DNA of 28,514 bases, taken from Myxococcales bacterium. Lineage in GTDB: Bacteria; Myxococcota; Myxococcia; Myxococcales; Anaeromyxobacteraceae. Position 1 is the first letter of the stretch, and every line of letters starts with the position of its first letter. The position numbers were made by a program, and so were the translations under genes. The DNA lies in assembly GCA_038320275.1 (NCBI GenBank), contig JBBQEB010000031.1, forward strand, positions 1 to 28,514. The letters are read 5' to 3'. Under the pieces are notes generated by a model that made no database searches, was not told the origin of the DNA, and saw only the letters and a list, made by a program, of their open reading frames with translations. Below are positions 16,729 to 25,226 of the stretch, one piece after another.

Positions 16729-17375
16729 GGCGCGCGCAGCCCAGCACCGCCCTCGGGCTCGTGCTCTTGGCGGCGCTGGGCGGGCTCGCGGGCGCGCACA
16801 CCGCCCTCGCCTCCCTGCTGGCGCTCGGCCTGCTCGCGGCCTGGTCTCGGGTGGGGCTGCGCCGGCTCCTCGCCTCCCTGGCGCCGCTCGCGGCGGCCTT
16901 CGGCCTGCTCCTGCTCCTCACGCCGCTCGCGCCGGAAGCGACCCTGCAGGTGGCGCTGCGCGGCTTCACCGTGTCGGCCGCGTGCGCAGTCGGCGCGCTC
17001 ACCGTTCCCTGGCCTGCCGGGATCGCCGTCCTCGGAGCGCTGGGGCTTCCACGCTCCGGGCGCGCCTTCCTCGCCATCCTCGCCTGCCACACCGGTTCCA
17101 TGCGGCGGGAGGTGGCGGCCTCGGCGCGCGCGCTCAGGCTGCGCGGCGGGCTCCACGGGGCGCGAGGCGGGGTGCTCGGCGCCCGGATCCTCCTCGCGCG
17201 AGGCTCCGCGGAGACCCTGCGGAGGGCGGACCGCATCGCCCATGCGCTGGAGCTGCGCGGCTTCTCGGGCGCGCTGCCGGTGCGGGTGGGCTTCTCTCCG
17301 CGGCTCGGGGAAGCACCCCTCTATGCAGCAGCGGGGGCGCTCGTGACAGCGCTGGCATGGAGGCTCACGGCGTGA
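16725..17375 (+). CDS. ECF transporter T component (EcfT/CbiQ-like)
   Basis: Hydrophobic N-terminal half. Two coupling-helix motifs ALRLRG and RADRIAHALELRGF. Confidence 0.75.
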   Translation: MRRAQPSTALGLVLLAALGGLAGAHTALASLLALGLLAAWSRVGLRRLLASLAPLAAAFGLLLLLTPLAPEATLQVALRGFTVSAACAVGALTVPWPAGIAVLGALGLPRSGRAFLAILACHTGSMRREVAASARALRLRGGLHGARGGVLGARILLARGSAETLRRADRIAHALELRGFSGALPVRVGFSPRLGEAPLYAAAGALVTALAWRLTA

Positions 17376-18046
17376 TCCCGCTCGCCCTGGAGGTGCGCGG
17401 GGTGGCTCACCGGCACCCCAGCATGGACCACGACACACCGGCGGAGGTGTCCTTCGCCCTTGCGCCGGGCGGGAGGGCTCTCCTCTCCGGGGCGAACGGC
17501 GCGGGCAAGTCCACGCTGCTCCGGCGGATGGTCGGCCTCGCCTGGGGTGAGGGGACGATCCGGGTCGGCGGCGAGGAGGTGTCCCGACGCAATCTGCGAC
17601 GGGTACGGCGCGCCTGCGGCTTCCTCTGGCAGAACCCGGCTGACGGGCTCCTCCTGCCCACGCCCCTCGAGGACGTGGCGCTCGGGCCGGTGAACGACGG
17701 TATGCCGGTGGCCGCGGCCCGCGAGCTGGCGGCCGGGTGGCTGGCGAAGCTCGGGCTCTCGCGCCTCGCGGACCGCGAGCTCGCGACGCTGTCGGGCGGG
17801 CAGAAGCAGCTCGTGGCGCTGGCGGGAATCCTGGCGCGAGAGCCCGGCGTGCTCGTGCTCGACGAGCCGGCGGCGCTCCTCGACCCCGAGAACGCCGAGC
17901 GCCTGGCCAGCGTGCTCGACCCGCTCCCCGCCACCATGGTGCTCGTCACGCACGAGCCCGCCTGGTGGCGAGCCCGTCCGCCGTGGGCCGGCGCGCACGG
18001 GGTGGAGCTCGTGGCCGGGGAGGCCGGCTTCGCGGAGGCTACTTGA
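17372..18046 (+). CDS. ECF/ABC ATPase (EcfA/CbiO-like)
   Basis: Walker A GANGAGKST, Q-loop QNP, LSGGQKQ, Walker B LVLDEP and H-loop VTH. Confidence 0.9.
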   Translation: MIPLALEVRGVAHRHPSMDHDTPAEVSFALAPGGRALLSGANGAGKSTLLRRMVGLAWGEGTIRVGGEEVSRRNLRRVRRACGFLWQNPADGLLLPTPLEDVALGPVNDGMPVAAARELAAGWLAKLGLSRLADRELATLSGGQKQLVALAGILAREPGVLVLDEPAALLDPENAERLASVLDPLPATMVLVTHEPAWWRARPPWAGAHGVELVAGEAGFAEAT

Positions 18047-18377
18047 GAGGCTTCGGGAGTGGCTTCCCCTTGTCGAAGGGGACGTCGGGGCCGTACCTGG
18101 CGACGATCTTCTTCTTGGTGTCGAGGCCCGTGAGCTGGATCACGAAGTTGGGCACACGCCGCGCGTTGCGGTCGGCCACCCAGCGGGTGAGATCGACCCG
18201 GGGGCGGGAGCGGCGTGCCGTGCCCGATGGTGCTGGGGCGCCGGGCGAGAGCGCCTTTTCGAGCTCCTCCGCGGCGATGTTGGCGAGGTGGCGCTGGATG
18301 GCGGGAACGGCCTTCCGCATCGCCTCGGCGATTGCCTCTTGCAAGATACCCTCGATGCCATCCCGATCTCGTGCCAA
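18039..18377 (-). CDS. Small basic hypothetical protein, possibly nucleoid-associated
   Basis: TTG at 18377 behind GAAAGGGGAA. Amphipathic N-terminal helix, Pro/Ala/Arg linker and a Lys/Arg-rich C-terminal domain. Confidence 0.65.
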   Translation of the reverse strand: MARDRDGIEGILQEAIAEAMRKAVPAIQRHLANIAAEELEKALSPGAPAPSGTARRSRPRVDLTRWVADRNARRVPNFVIQLTGLDTKKKIVARYGPDVPFDKGKPLPKPLK

Positions 18378-18508
18378 AGATTCCCCTTTCGAAAGGAGGC
18401 TAATATGCCCACATTGATCGCCACGTGCGAGGGACCAATGGGGTAGCAATGCCGTAGGGTGGAAGTTTTGCTCGTGGCCAGCAGGGGGCCTTGCCGAGCC
18501 GCGTCGGG

Positions 18509-18532
18509 GATCGGATTGTCACAATTCCGATC
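18509..18532. promoter_or_regulatory. Near-perfect palindrome, candidate operator
   Basis: GATCGGA-TTGT-C-ACAA-T-TCCGATC in the AT-richer divergent intergenic region. Confidence 0.5.
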
Positions 18533-18541
18533 TGACTCGAT

Positions 18542-18703
18542 TTGGAGGCAGTCCTGACCCCAGTCGCCACCCGCCTGCTCATCATCGCGGCTGCCTTCGA
18601 CGTCGTGGGCGCGGCGACCGCCATCCTGGCGCTGCGTCCAGCCTGCCACCGGGCCGAGTCGGAGAACCTCGTTCCCGACGCGCTCGCCATCTCGGGGGTA
18701 TGA
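18542..18703 (+). pseudogene. 53-codon ORF resembling the last TM helix of an OxlT/OFA-family MFS transporter (remnant or small membrane protein)
   Basis: LEAVLTPVATRLLIIAAAFDVVGAATAILALRPACHR... with an in-frame stop at 18533 upstream. The similarity is judged from memory of OFA C-termini. Confidence 0.4.
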
Positions 18704-18743
18704 CCCGTCACCCGAGGGGCCCACCCTCCAAGAGGACCGACAC

Positions 18744-20273
18744 ATGCCCGACCCGACCACGCTCTCGCAGGCCCTGGAAACCGGCGCAGGGGAGTCCACC
18801 GCCCTCGGCGCTCCCGAAGGCGTGCCGCCCCTCCCGTACGGTGCGCTCCGGGAGCTTGCGCGGACCACCGTCGCCACGCTCAACGGCCTCGGCATCGGCC
18901 GGAACGACCGGGTGGGAATCGTCCTGCCCAACGGCCCGGAGATGGCGGCCGCGTTCGTCTGCATCGGGGCCGGCGCCACCACCGCGCCGCTCAACCCTGC
19001 TTACCGGGCGGAGGAGCTGGAGTTCTACCTGACCGACCTCCGGGCCAAGGCCCTGGTGGTCGAGGCGGGCGTGGAGGGACCCGCCCGCGCGGTGGCCGAG
19101 AGGCTGAAGGTCCCCATCCTCGAGCTGCACCGCCGGCGCGAGCGCGGCGCGGGCGCCTTCGAGCTCCGCTCGCTGGGCGGACTATCCGGCTCGGCGGCGC
19201 AGGGCGGCATGGCCTCGCCGGACGACGTCGCCCTCGTCCTCCACACCTCAGGCACCACCTCCCGGCCCAAGATCGTGCCGCTCCTGCAGCGCAACATCCT
19301 CGCCACGGCGCGCAACATCCGCCAGACGCTCGCCCTCACTCCGGACGACATCTGCCTCAACGTGATGCCGCTCTTCCACATCCACGGCCTCATGGCCGCG
19401 ACGCTCTCGTCGATCGCCGCCGGCGCTCAGGTGTGGTGCACCCCGGGGTTCAATGCGCTCAAGTTCTTCGCCTGGATGGACGAGGTGAAGCCCACCTGGT
19501 ACACGGCCGTGCCCACGATGCACCAGGCCATCCTGGCCCGCGCCGACCGCAACGCCGAGGTCCTGGCGCGCAGCCGCCTGCGGCTCATCCGCTCCTCCTC
19601 GGCGTCGCTCCCGCCGCAGGTCATGGCGGAGCTGGAGCGCGTCTTTCGGGCGCCGGTCATCGAGAGCTACGGCATGACCGAGGCGGCGCACCAGATGGCC
19701 TCCAATCCGCTGCCCCCGCGGGCGCGCAAGCCCGGCTCGGTGGGCGTCGCGGCCGGTCCCGAGGTCGCCATCATGGACGAGACGGGCAAGCTCCTCGCGG
19801 CCGGCGAGACGGGCGAGATCGTCATCCGCGGCTCCAACGTCACCCCAGGCTACGAGGCGAATCCGGAGGCGAACGCCAAGGGCTTCACCCACGGCTGGTT
19901 CCGCACGGGCGACCAGGGCCTCATGGACGAGGAGGGCTACCTCCGCCTCACCGGGCGCCTCAAGGAGCTCATCAATCGCGGCGGCGAGAAGATCAGCCCG
20001 CTCGAGGTGGACGAGATCCTCATGGACCACCCGGCGGTCCAGCAGGTGGTGACGTTCGGCATGCCGCACGAGAAGCTCGGCGAGGAGGTCGCCGCGGCGG
20101 TCGTGCTGCGCGAGGGCAAGGAGGCCACCGAGCGCGAGCTGCGCGACTTCGCGGCCTCCCGCCTCGCCGACTTCAAGGTGCCGCGGAAGATCCTGATGCT
20201 GAAGGAGATCCCCAAGGGCGCGACGGGCAAGCTGCAGCGCATCGGCCTCGCGGCGAAGCTCGGGCTGGTGTGA
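18744..20273 (+). CDS. Acyl-CoA synthetase, oxalate--CoA ligase-like (AAE3/Pcs60/Oxs type)
   Basis: HTSGTTSRPK, MPLFHIHGL, WYTAVPTMHQ, IRSSSASL, ESYGMTEAAHQM, RTGD and TGKLQR. Confidence 0.88.
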   Translation: MPDPTTLSQALETGAGESTALGAPEGVPPLPYGALRELARTTVATLNGLGIGRNDRVGIVLPNGPEMAAAFVCIGAGATTAPLNPAYRAEELEFYLTDLRAKALVVEAGVEGPARAVAERLKVPILELHRRRERGAGAFELRSLGGLSGSAAQGGMASPDDVALVLHTSGTTSRPKIVPLLQRNILATARNIRQTLALTPDDICLNVMPLFHIHGLMAATLSSIAAGAQVWCTPGFNALKFFAWMDEVKPTWYTAVPTMHQAILARADRNAEVLARSRLRLIRSSSASLPPQVMAELERVFRAPVIESYGMTEAAHQMASNPLPPRARKPGSVGVAAGPEVAIMDETGKLLAAGETGEIVIRGSNVTPGYEANPEANAKGFTHGWFRTGDQGLMDEEGYLRLTGRLKELINRGGEKISPLEVDEILMDHPAVQQVVTFGMPHEKLGEEVAAAVVLREGKEATERELRDFAASRLADFKVPRKILMLKEIPKGATGKLQRIGLAAKLGLV

Positions 20274-21079
20274 CGGAGCGTCGGGTGGCGCTCTGGGTCC
20301 GGTTCGAGAGAGGCGGCGCCGTCGGCTTCGGCACGCTGGCGGGCGACTCCATCGCGGTGCACGAGGGCGACCTCTTCGCCGGGGCGCGGCCCACCGGCGA
20401 GGTGCTCCCGCTCTCCGGGGTGAAGCTCCGGACGCCATGCGTTCCGGGGAAACTCATCGGGCTCGTCAACAACTTCCGCGAGGCGGCCGCCAGGAACGCG
20501 CTCGCCATCCCAGCCGAGCCGCTGTGGTTCTTGAAGCCGGCGACGTCCTATCTCGACCCGGGCGCGCCCATCCGGCTTCCCGGGCACGACGTCGGCAAGA
20601 TCATCTACGAGGGCGAGCTGGGAATGGTGGTGGGCAGGAGGGCGCGCGACGTACCCGAGGCCGACGCCGCCTCGTACGTCTTCGGCTACACCTGCGTGAA
20701 CGACGTGACGGCCCTCGACCTCCTCGGCCGCGACCCGCAGTTCGCGCAGTGGACGCGCGCCAAGAGCTTCGACACCTTCGGGCCTTTCGGACCCGCCATT
20801 GCGACCGGCATCGACCCGTCCTCGCTCACGGTGCGTACGCTGGTGAAGGGCAAGGTTCGCCAGGAGTATTCCGTCTCCGACGCCATCTTCGGTCCGCATG
20901 CGCTCCTGGCAGCCCTCTCCCGCGAGGTCACGCTGGAGCCGGGCGACGTCGTCGCCTGCGGCACCTCGCTGGGCATCGGCGTGCTCCGGCCAGGCATGAC
21001 GGTGGAGGTGTCGATCGACGGCATCGGCTCGCTCTCCAACCCCGTGGCGGAGCGCGCCGCGCCGGGAGCGGCGGCGTGA
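20270..21079 (+). CDS. Fumarylacetoacetate hydrolase family protein
   Basis: FLKP, YEGELG, GYTCVNDVT, AKSFDTF and LEPGDVVACGT. GTGA overlap. Confidence 0.92.
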   Translation: MTERRVALWVRFERGGAVGFGTLAGDSIAVHEGDLFAGARPTGEVLPLSGVKLRTPCVPGKLIGLVNNFREAAARNALAIPAEPLWFLKPATSYLDPGAPIRLPGHDVGKIIYEGELGMVVGRRARDVPEADAASYVFGYTCVNDVTALDLLGRDPQFAQWTRAKSFDTFGPFGPAIATGIDPSSLTVRTLVKGKVRQEYSVSDAIFGPHALLAALSREVTLEPGDVVACGTSLGIGVLRPGMTVEVSIDGIGSLSNPVAERAAPGAAA

Positions 21080-22086
21080 AGATCTGCGTCGTCGGAGCAG
21101 GCGCCATCGGCGGGCTCCTGGCGGTGAAGCTCGCCTCGGCCGGCGAGGACGTCACCGTCATCCTGCGCGGCGCGAACCTCGCCGCCGTCCGCGAGCGCGG
21201 CCTCACCCTGCGCTCGGACGGGGCGGAGCAGGTGGCCCGGGTGAAGGCGACCGACCGCATCGGCGACGCCGGCCCGCAGGACCTCGTCATCCTCGGTATG
21301 AAGGCGCACCAGCTCCCGCCGGTCGCGGGCGAGGTGAAGGCGCTCGTCGGGCCGGAGACGGTCGTCGTCACCGCGCAGAACGGGATTCCCTGGTGGTACT
21401 TCCTCAAGGGAAGCGCCGTCCACCCGGGCACGCGGCTCGAGAGCGTCGACCCCGGCGGCACGGTCGCCAGGAACCTCGACGTCGAGTGGGTGATCGGCTC
21501 CATCATCTACCCCGCCTCGGAGATCGTCGCGCCGGGGGTGATCCAGCACGTGGAGGGAAACCGCATCTCCATCGGCGAGCTCGACGGCGCCGACACGCCG
21601 CGCGTGCGCGCCCTCGCGGAGCTCCTCAGGAAGGCTGGCTTCAAGGCGCGCGTGGCGAGCGACCTGCGCTCGGAGCTGTGGGTGAAGCTCTGGGGCAATT
21701 GCACCTTCAACCCCATCAGCGCGCTCACCCACGCCACGCTGGCGGGCATCTGCACCGACCCGCTCGCGCGCGAGCTCGCGGCGAACGCCATGCGGGAGGC
21801 GCAAGTGGTGGGCGAGGCGCTGGGCGCGCGCTTCGGCGTCTCGCTGGAGAAGCGCATCGCCGGGGCCGAGGCGGTGGGCGCGCACAAGACCTCCATGCTC
21901 CAGGACGTCGAGGGCGGCCGGCCGCTGGAGCTGGAGGCGCTGGTCGGGTCGGTGCTGGAGCTGGCCCGCCTGACGGGGACGCCCACCCCGCACCTCGCGT
22001 CGATCTACGCCTGTGCGTCGCTCCTCGCGAGGACGCTCGCGGCCTCGCGAGGGCGGCTGCGCGTGGAGTCGCTGCCAGAGACCTGA
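21076..22086 (+). CDS. panE: Ketopantoate reductase family protein (PanE2/oxalyl-CoA reductase-like)
   Basis: VGAGAIGG, QNGIPWWYF, WVKLWGN and SMLQDV...LE. GTGA overlap. Confidence 0.85.
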   Translation: MKICVVGAGAIGGLLAVKLASAGEDVTVILRGANLAAVRERGLTLRSDGAEQVARVKATDRIGDAGPQDLVILGMKAHQLPPVAGEVKALVGPETVVVTAQNGIPWWYFLKGSAVHPGTRLESVDPGGTVARNLDVEWVIGSIIYPASEIVAPGVIQHVEGNRISIGELDGADTPRVRALAELLRKAGFKARVASDLRSELWVKLWGNCTFNPISALTHATLAGICTDPLARELAANAMREAQVVGEALGARFGVSLEKRIAGAEAVGAHKTSMLQDVEGGRPLELEALVGSVLELARLTGTPTPHLASIYACASLLARTLAASRGRLRVESLPET

Positions 22087-22132
22087 GGGCGGGCGGTTGC
22101 GCGGAGCGCCGGAGTCGAAGGGCGAACGGGGT

Positions 22133-22380
22133 TTCGACCTTCGACCTTCGACCTCGACCGCGACCCCGATTTTCGACCGCGACCGCGACCGCGATTTCCG
22201 ACCTCGACCTTGGACCGCGACCCGACCTTCGACCGCGACCGCGACTTTCGACTTCGACCGCGACTACGACCCCGACCTTCGACCCGCGGACCTCCGACCT
22301 CCGACCGCGACCTTCGACTTCGACCCGCGGACCTCCGACCTCCTCCGACCTCCGACCTCGACCGCGACCGTCGACCTCGA
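22133..22380. repeat. Degenerate tandem array of 6-7-bp units built on CGAC
   Basis: About 30 copies of TCGACC/GCGACC/TTCGACC/TCCGACC between two convergent stops. Confidence 0.9.
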
Positions 22381-22415
22381 GTCCAGTACCGGCGTCCTGG
22401 CCGTGCCTTCCTTTC

Positions 22416-22841
22416 CTACGCGAGACCCTTCGACACGGCGAACTGGCCGGTGACGGCGTCCATGGTCCGGATGTGGTTCACGAACCAGGCAGGCAGGGTC
22501 TCGGACACGTAGCGCCAGAGCCTGTCGATGTCCCCGCCCTGACGATAGGCTTGCTCCTCATCGTCGAGCTGCGCCAGCACGCGGTCGTGCTCCGACTTGT
22601 GCATCGCGAGGGCGAAGAAGCCGGTCTCCTGCATCACACCGTTCTCGTGGGCGAAGTGCTGTCGCGTGTTCCCGGTCAGCTCACGGAGCGTGATCAGCAC
22701 CTCATCGCGCGTGGCGTTGCCCAGCCGGCCGCGCTGCACGACCTCGCCCAGCACGTTGAGCAGCCTCGCCTCCTCCTCGTGGTCGTCGTTCTGGAAGGCG
22801 AGCGCGACGCGGGGAAGGCTCGAGGGGTCGACGATGGGCAT
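22416..22841 (-). CDS. Single-domain bacteriohemerythrin
   Basis: DDH, HFAHEN, HKSEH and WFVNHIRTMD. GGAGGA precedes ATG 22841. Confidence 0.9.
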   Translation of the reverse strand: MPIVDPSSLPRVALAFQNDDHEEEARLLNVLGEVVQRGRLGNATRDEVLITLRELTGNTRQHFAHENGVMQETGFFALAMHKSEHDRVLAQLDDEEQAYRQGGDIDRLWRYVSETLPAWFVNHIRTMDAVTGQFAVSKGLA

Positions 22842-22958
22842 GGGTGCGTCCTCCGAGCCCGGAAATAACTTCCGGGAGCGAGAGGCGCCAGGGTACGGGG
22901 CAGCTGCGTGCGGTCCCGCCATGAACGGGAGGAAGAACGCGACGCCGGGCTACACGAA

Positions 22959-22986
22959 GGCCCGCTCCCCCGGAGAGGAGCGGGCC
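22959..22986 (-). terminator. Hairpin downstream of the 23012-24592 gene
   Basis: GGCCCGCTCC...GGAGCGGGCC 10-bp stem, followed by TTCGTGT on the minus strand. Confidence 0.6.
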
Positions 22987-23011
22987 CGAGACCGCCGAGG
23001 CAGGGACAGCT

Positions 23012-24592
23012 CTACGGCGTGAAGGTCACCACGGACGACTCGCCGCTGGTGAGGGTCACGCGCAGCGCGCCGAGCTCGCCGTCGAAGCCGACGGCCCAGG
23101 CGCTGCCCGTCTGGAGCGAGAAGGCAAGCACCGGCTGGGAAGCACGCGTCGCATCGGCGGCGAGGAAGCCCGCGAGATCCGGATCGTTGTACGCGCCGAA
23201 GAAGGCGTTGCCGGTCGACTCGTAGAACCGCAGCACGTTGGAGGAGCTGGCGGTGGACCAGGTGTTCCAGGTGTTCGCCGGGTCGTTCAGGGACATCGCG
23301 AAGTACGGCTCCGCGCCGAAGCGGCGGCCGTACCAACCCGACTGCGTGCCTTGGGTGTAGACGACGAGCGCCCAGTCTTGCGGCTTCGACGGCGTGGCGG
23401 CGATCGACCACGCTTTGTTGGTGTCGTAGGCGATGGACGCGATGTCAGCCATGGTGATGGCGTGGCCGAACATGGTCATCGGGGAGACGTAACCCTCAGA
23501 CTTGGCGTTCCCGTTAGCCTGCACGCCGCCAGCAACTGCCGTGACGTTCGACATCGTGGCCGAAACGCTGCTGCTCTGAATCTGGAGGGCATTCCTGACG
23601 TGGATGATGATGGACCCGGTCACCGAGCCGCCGTGATTGTCGGACACCTTGACGGTGGCGGTGCAGTCACCGACGGGGACCGCGGCCGGATCGGCGTAGA
23701 AGCCGGTGGTCGCCATGTCCGGCGCATTGAACACCTTGAGGGGGTCGACCGTGTTGCCGCCACAGGTGACGGTCCAGGCGTACGACAGCGAAGCGTCGTC
23801 CGCGTCGGTCGCCGTCACGGTGATGGTGGTGCGGTCGCCGGGAAGGAGCTGCGCGTCGGGGGTGGTGATCCCGAGGATGTCCGGCCAGCGGTTGAGCGTG
23901 ACCGAGACGTTCGCGCCCTGGGGCGAGTAGGTCAGCGCGAACTCGACGACCGACGAGATGTTCTGGTCCACATCGGTGACGGTCAGAGAGATCCGCTCGG
24001 TGCCCCGGCAGTCGGAGGTGAGGGTGGCGGTGGTGTGGTTGGCGTCGGCGAGCGTGTTCACGGTCGCGGTGCCGTCACAGACCGCCGTCCAGGCGAAGCC
24101 GAGCGCGTGGACCGCGCTGGGATCCGTCGCGACCGCGCTCATGGTGATGGTCTCGCCGTAGGAGGGAGCGCCGTCGGAGAGCACGAGCCCGGTGATGAGC
24201 GGCGAGTTGGTGTTGACGGTCTGCTGGCCGCCCGACTGCTGAAGGACCAGCGTCACGTCCGCCATCTTGTTCTTCTGGACGGTGACCTGAGCGCACTGCG
24301 GCCCGAAGGTGACCGTGGTCCAGGTGGCGGTGGCGCAGAACTGGTAGGCACCCTGCGGCAGGTTGTCGAAGGTGCCTTTCCACGTGTAATTGCCGTCTCC
24401 GGCGAGCGTGTAGTGATTCAGGGTCGGCGCGCCGACCTTCTGGATGGTGAGGTCGACGGTCCCGTTGTTCCAGTTCGCCGAGTTGCCGCGAACGTTGACC
24501 CTGGCTCCGCCGACTTCGGGCGCGGCCTTCTCGCTACCACCACACGCCGCCAGCGCGAACGCCAGCAGGCTCACTGCGAAGGACTTCTTCAT
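23012..24592 (-). CDS. Lipoprotein with tandem Ig/PKD-like modules and a distinct C-terminal beta domain (copy B)
   Basis: AAGGAGAG RBS. MKKSFAVSLLAFALAACGG lipobox. Repeated P.I......ATD....L.(F/Y)AWT..C modules, Thr/Val-rich. Confidence 0.85.
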   Translation of the reverse strand: MKKSFAVSLLAFALAACGGSEKAAPEVGGARVNVRGNSANWNNGTVDLTIQKVGAPTLNHYTLAGDGNYTWKGTFDNLPQGAYQFCATATWTTVTFGPQCAQVTVQKNKMADVTLVLQQSGGQQTVNTNSPLITGLVLSDGAPSYGETITMSAVATDPSAVHALGFAWTAVCDGTATVNTLADANHTTATLTSDCRGTERISLTVTDVDQNISSVVEFALTYSPQGANVSVTLNRWPDILGITTPDAQLLPGDRTTITVTATDADDASLSYAWTVTCGGNTVDPLKVFNAPDMATTGFYADPAAVPVGDCTATVKVSDNHGGSVTGSIIIHVRNALQIQSSSVSATMSNVTAVAGGVQANGNAKSEGYVSPMTMFGHAITMADIASIAYDTNKAWSIAATPSKPQDWALVVYTQGTQSGWYGRRFGAEPYFAMSLNDPANTWNTWSTASSSNVLRFYESTGNAFFGAYNDPDLAGFLAADATRASQPVLAFSLQTGSAWAVGFDGELGALRVTLTSGESSVVTFTP

Positions 24593-25130
24593 TTCGGCTC
24601 TCCTTGAAGGCGCACCCGTCCCTGCGGGTCGAGCGCGCCGGTTGGGCACTGCTCACCACGAGTCCTATTCACTGCTGGTTGTTCACTTCACCGCCCCTGC
24701 ACTGTCGGTGTGGGCTGCATACAACAGCATCGGGGGTGGGCGGACAAGCCGTACTGTGAGGGACACGCGCAGGGGGTCACCCGAGGACGGACCTCAGGTA
24801 CGGGTCATCTCGACCCGCTCGGGCGAAACGCGAGTGATATCGATGTGACGATGGGTCGCAGCCGCATCGTCAGTTGATCTTGGACAACGAGGGCCGCGAC
24901 GATTTGCCGCAGCGTGAAATCTCGCCAAGACCGTCGCGGGAGGCGGTCCGCAGCGCTCGGCTACCCCCGGGGAGCCGCGGCGGCGCGGCCGGTGCTCACC
25001 GCGCCGCACCGCCGAAGGTGTCACACGCCTTCAGACTGCCGCTGTCGAATCCTCTGCGAAACCACTGGGATCGCTGCGCGGCCGAGCCGTGCGTGAACGT
25101 CTCCGGGTTCACCCGTCCGGTGGAGGCGCG
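24536..25130. repeat. Direct repeat, copy 1 (595 bp)
   Basis: Colinear with 26658-27252 at offset 2122, no indels, about 26 mismatches by manual alignment. Confidence 0.95.
24996..25130 (-). pseudogene. Duplicated 3' end (44 codons plus stop) of the ypfJ-family gene
   Basis: Encodes [16 protein letters not shown]...CDTFGGAAR*, identical in protein to 27118-27252, but has no 5' part. Confidence 0.9.
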
Positions 25131-25173
25131 AAAGAAAAAAGGGCTCCGAGAGTACATCCCCGGAGCCCTCTTT
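25131..25173 (-). terminator. Intrinsic terminator of the 25227-26714 gene
   Basis: GGGCTCCG/CGGAGCCC stem followed by TTTTTTCTTT on the minus strand, with TCTTT on the other side. Confidence 0.85.
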
Positions 25174-25226
25174 AGCTTCTACCCCGGACACTACGGAACG
25201 GAGATGCCGTTTACTTCGTGCTGCTG

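Noticed and set aside
22013..22512. ORFs across the CGAC tract giving TSTATAT, DRDRD or RPRP peptides, and a possible CRISPR reading
   Set aside because: These are translations of low-complexity DNA with no convincing start. There are no constant 25-45-bp repeats with unique spacers and no cas genes.
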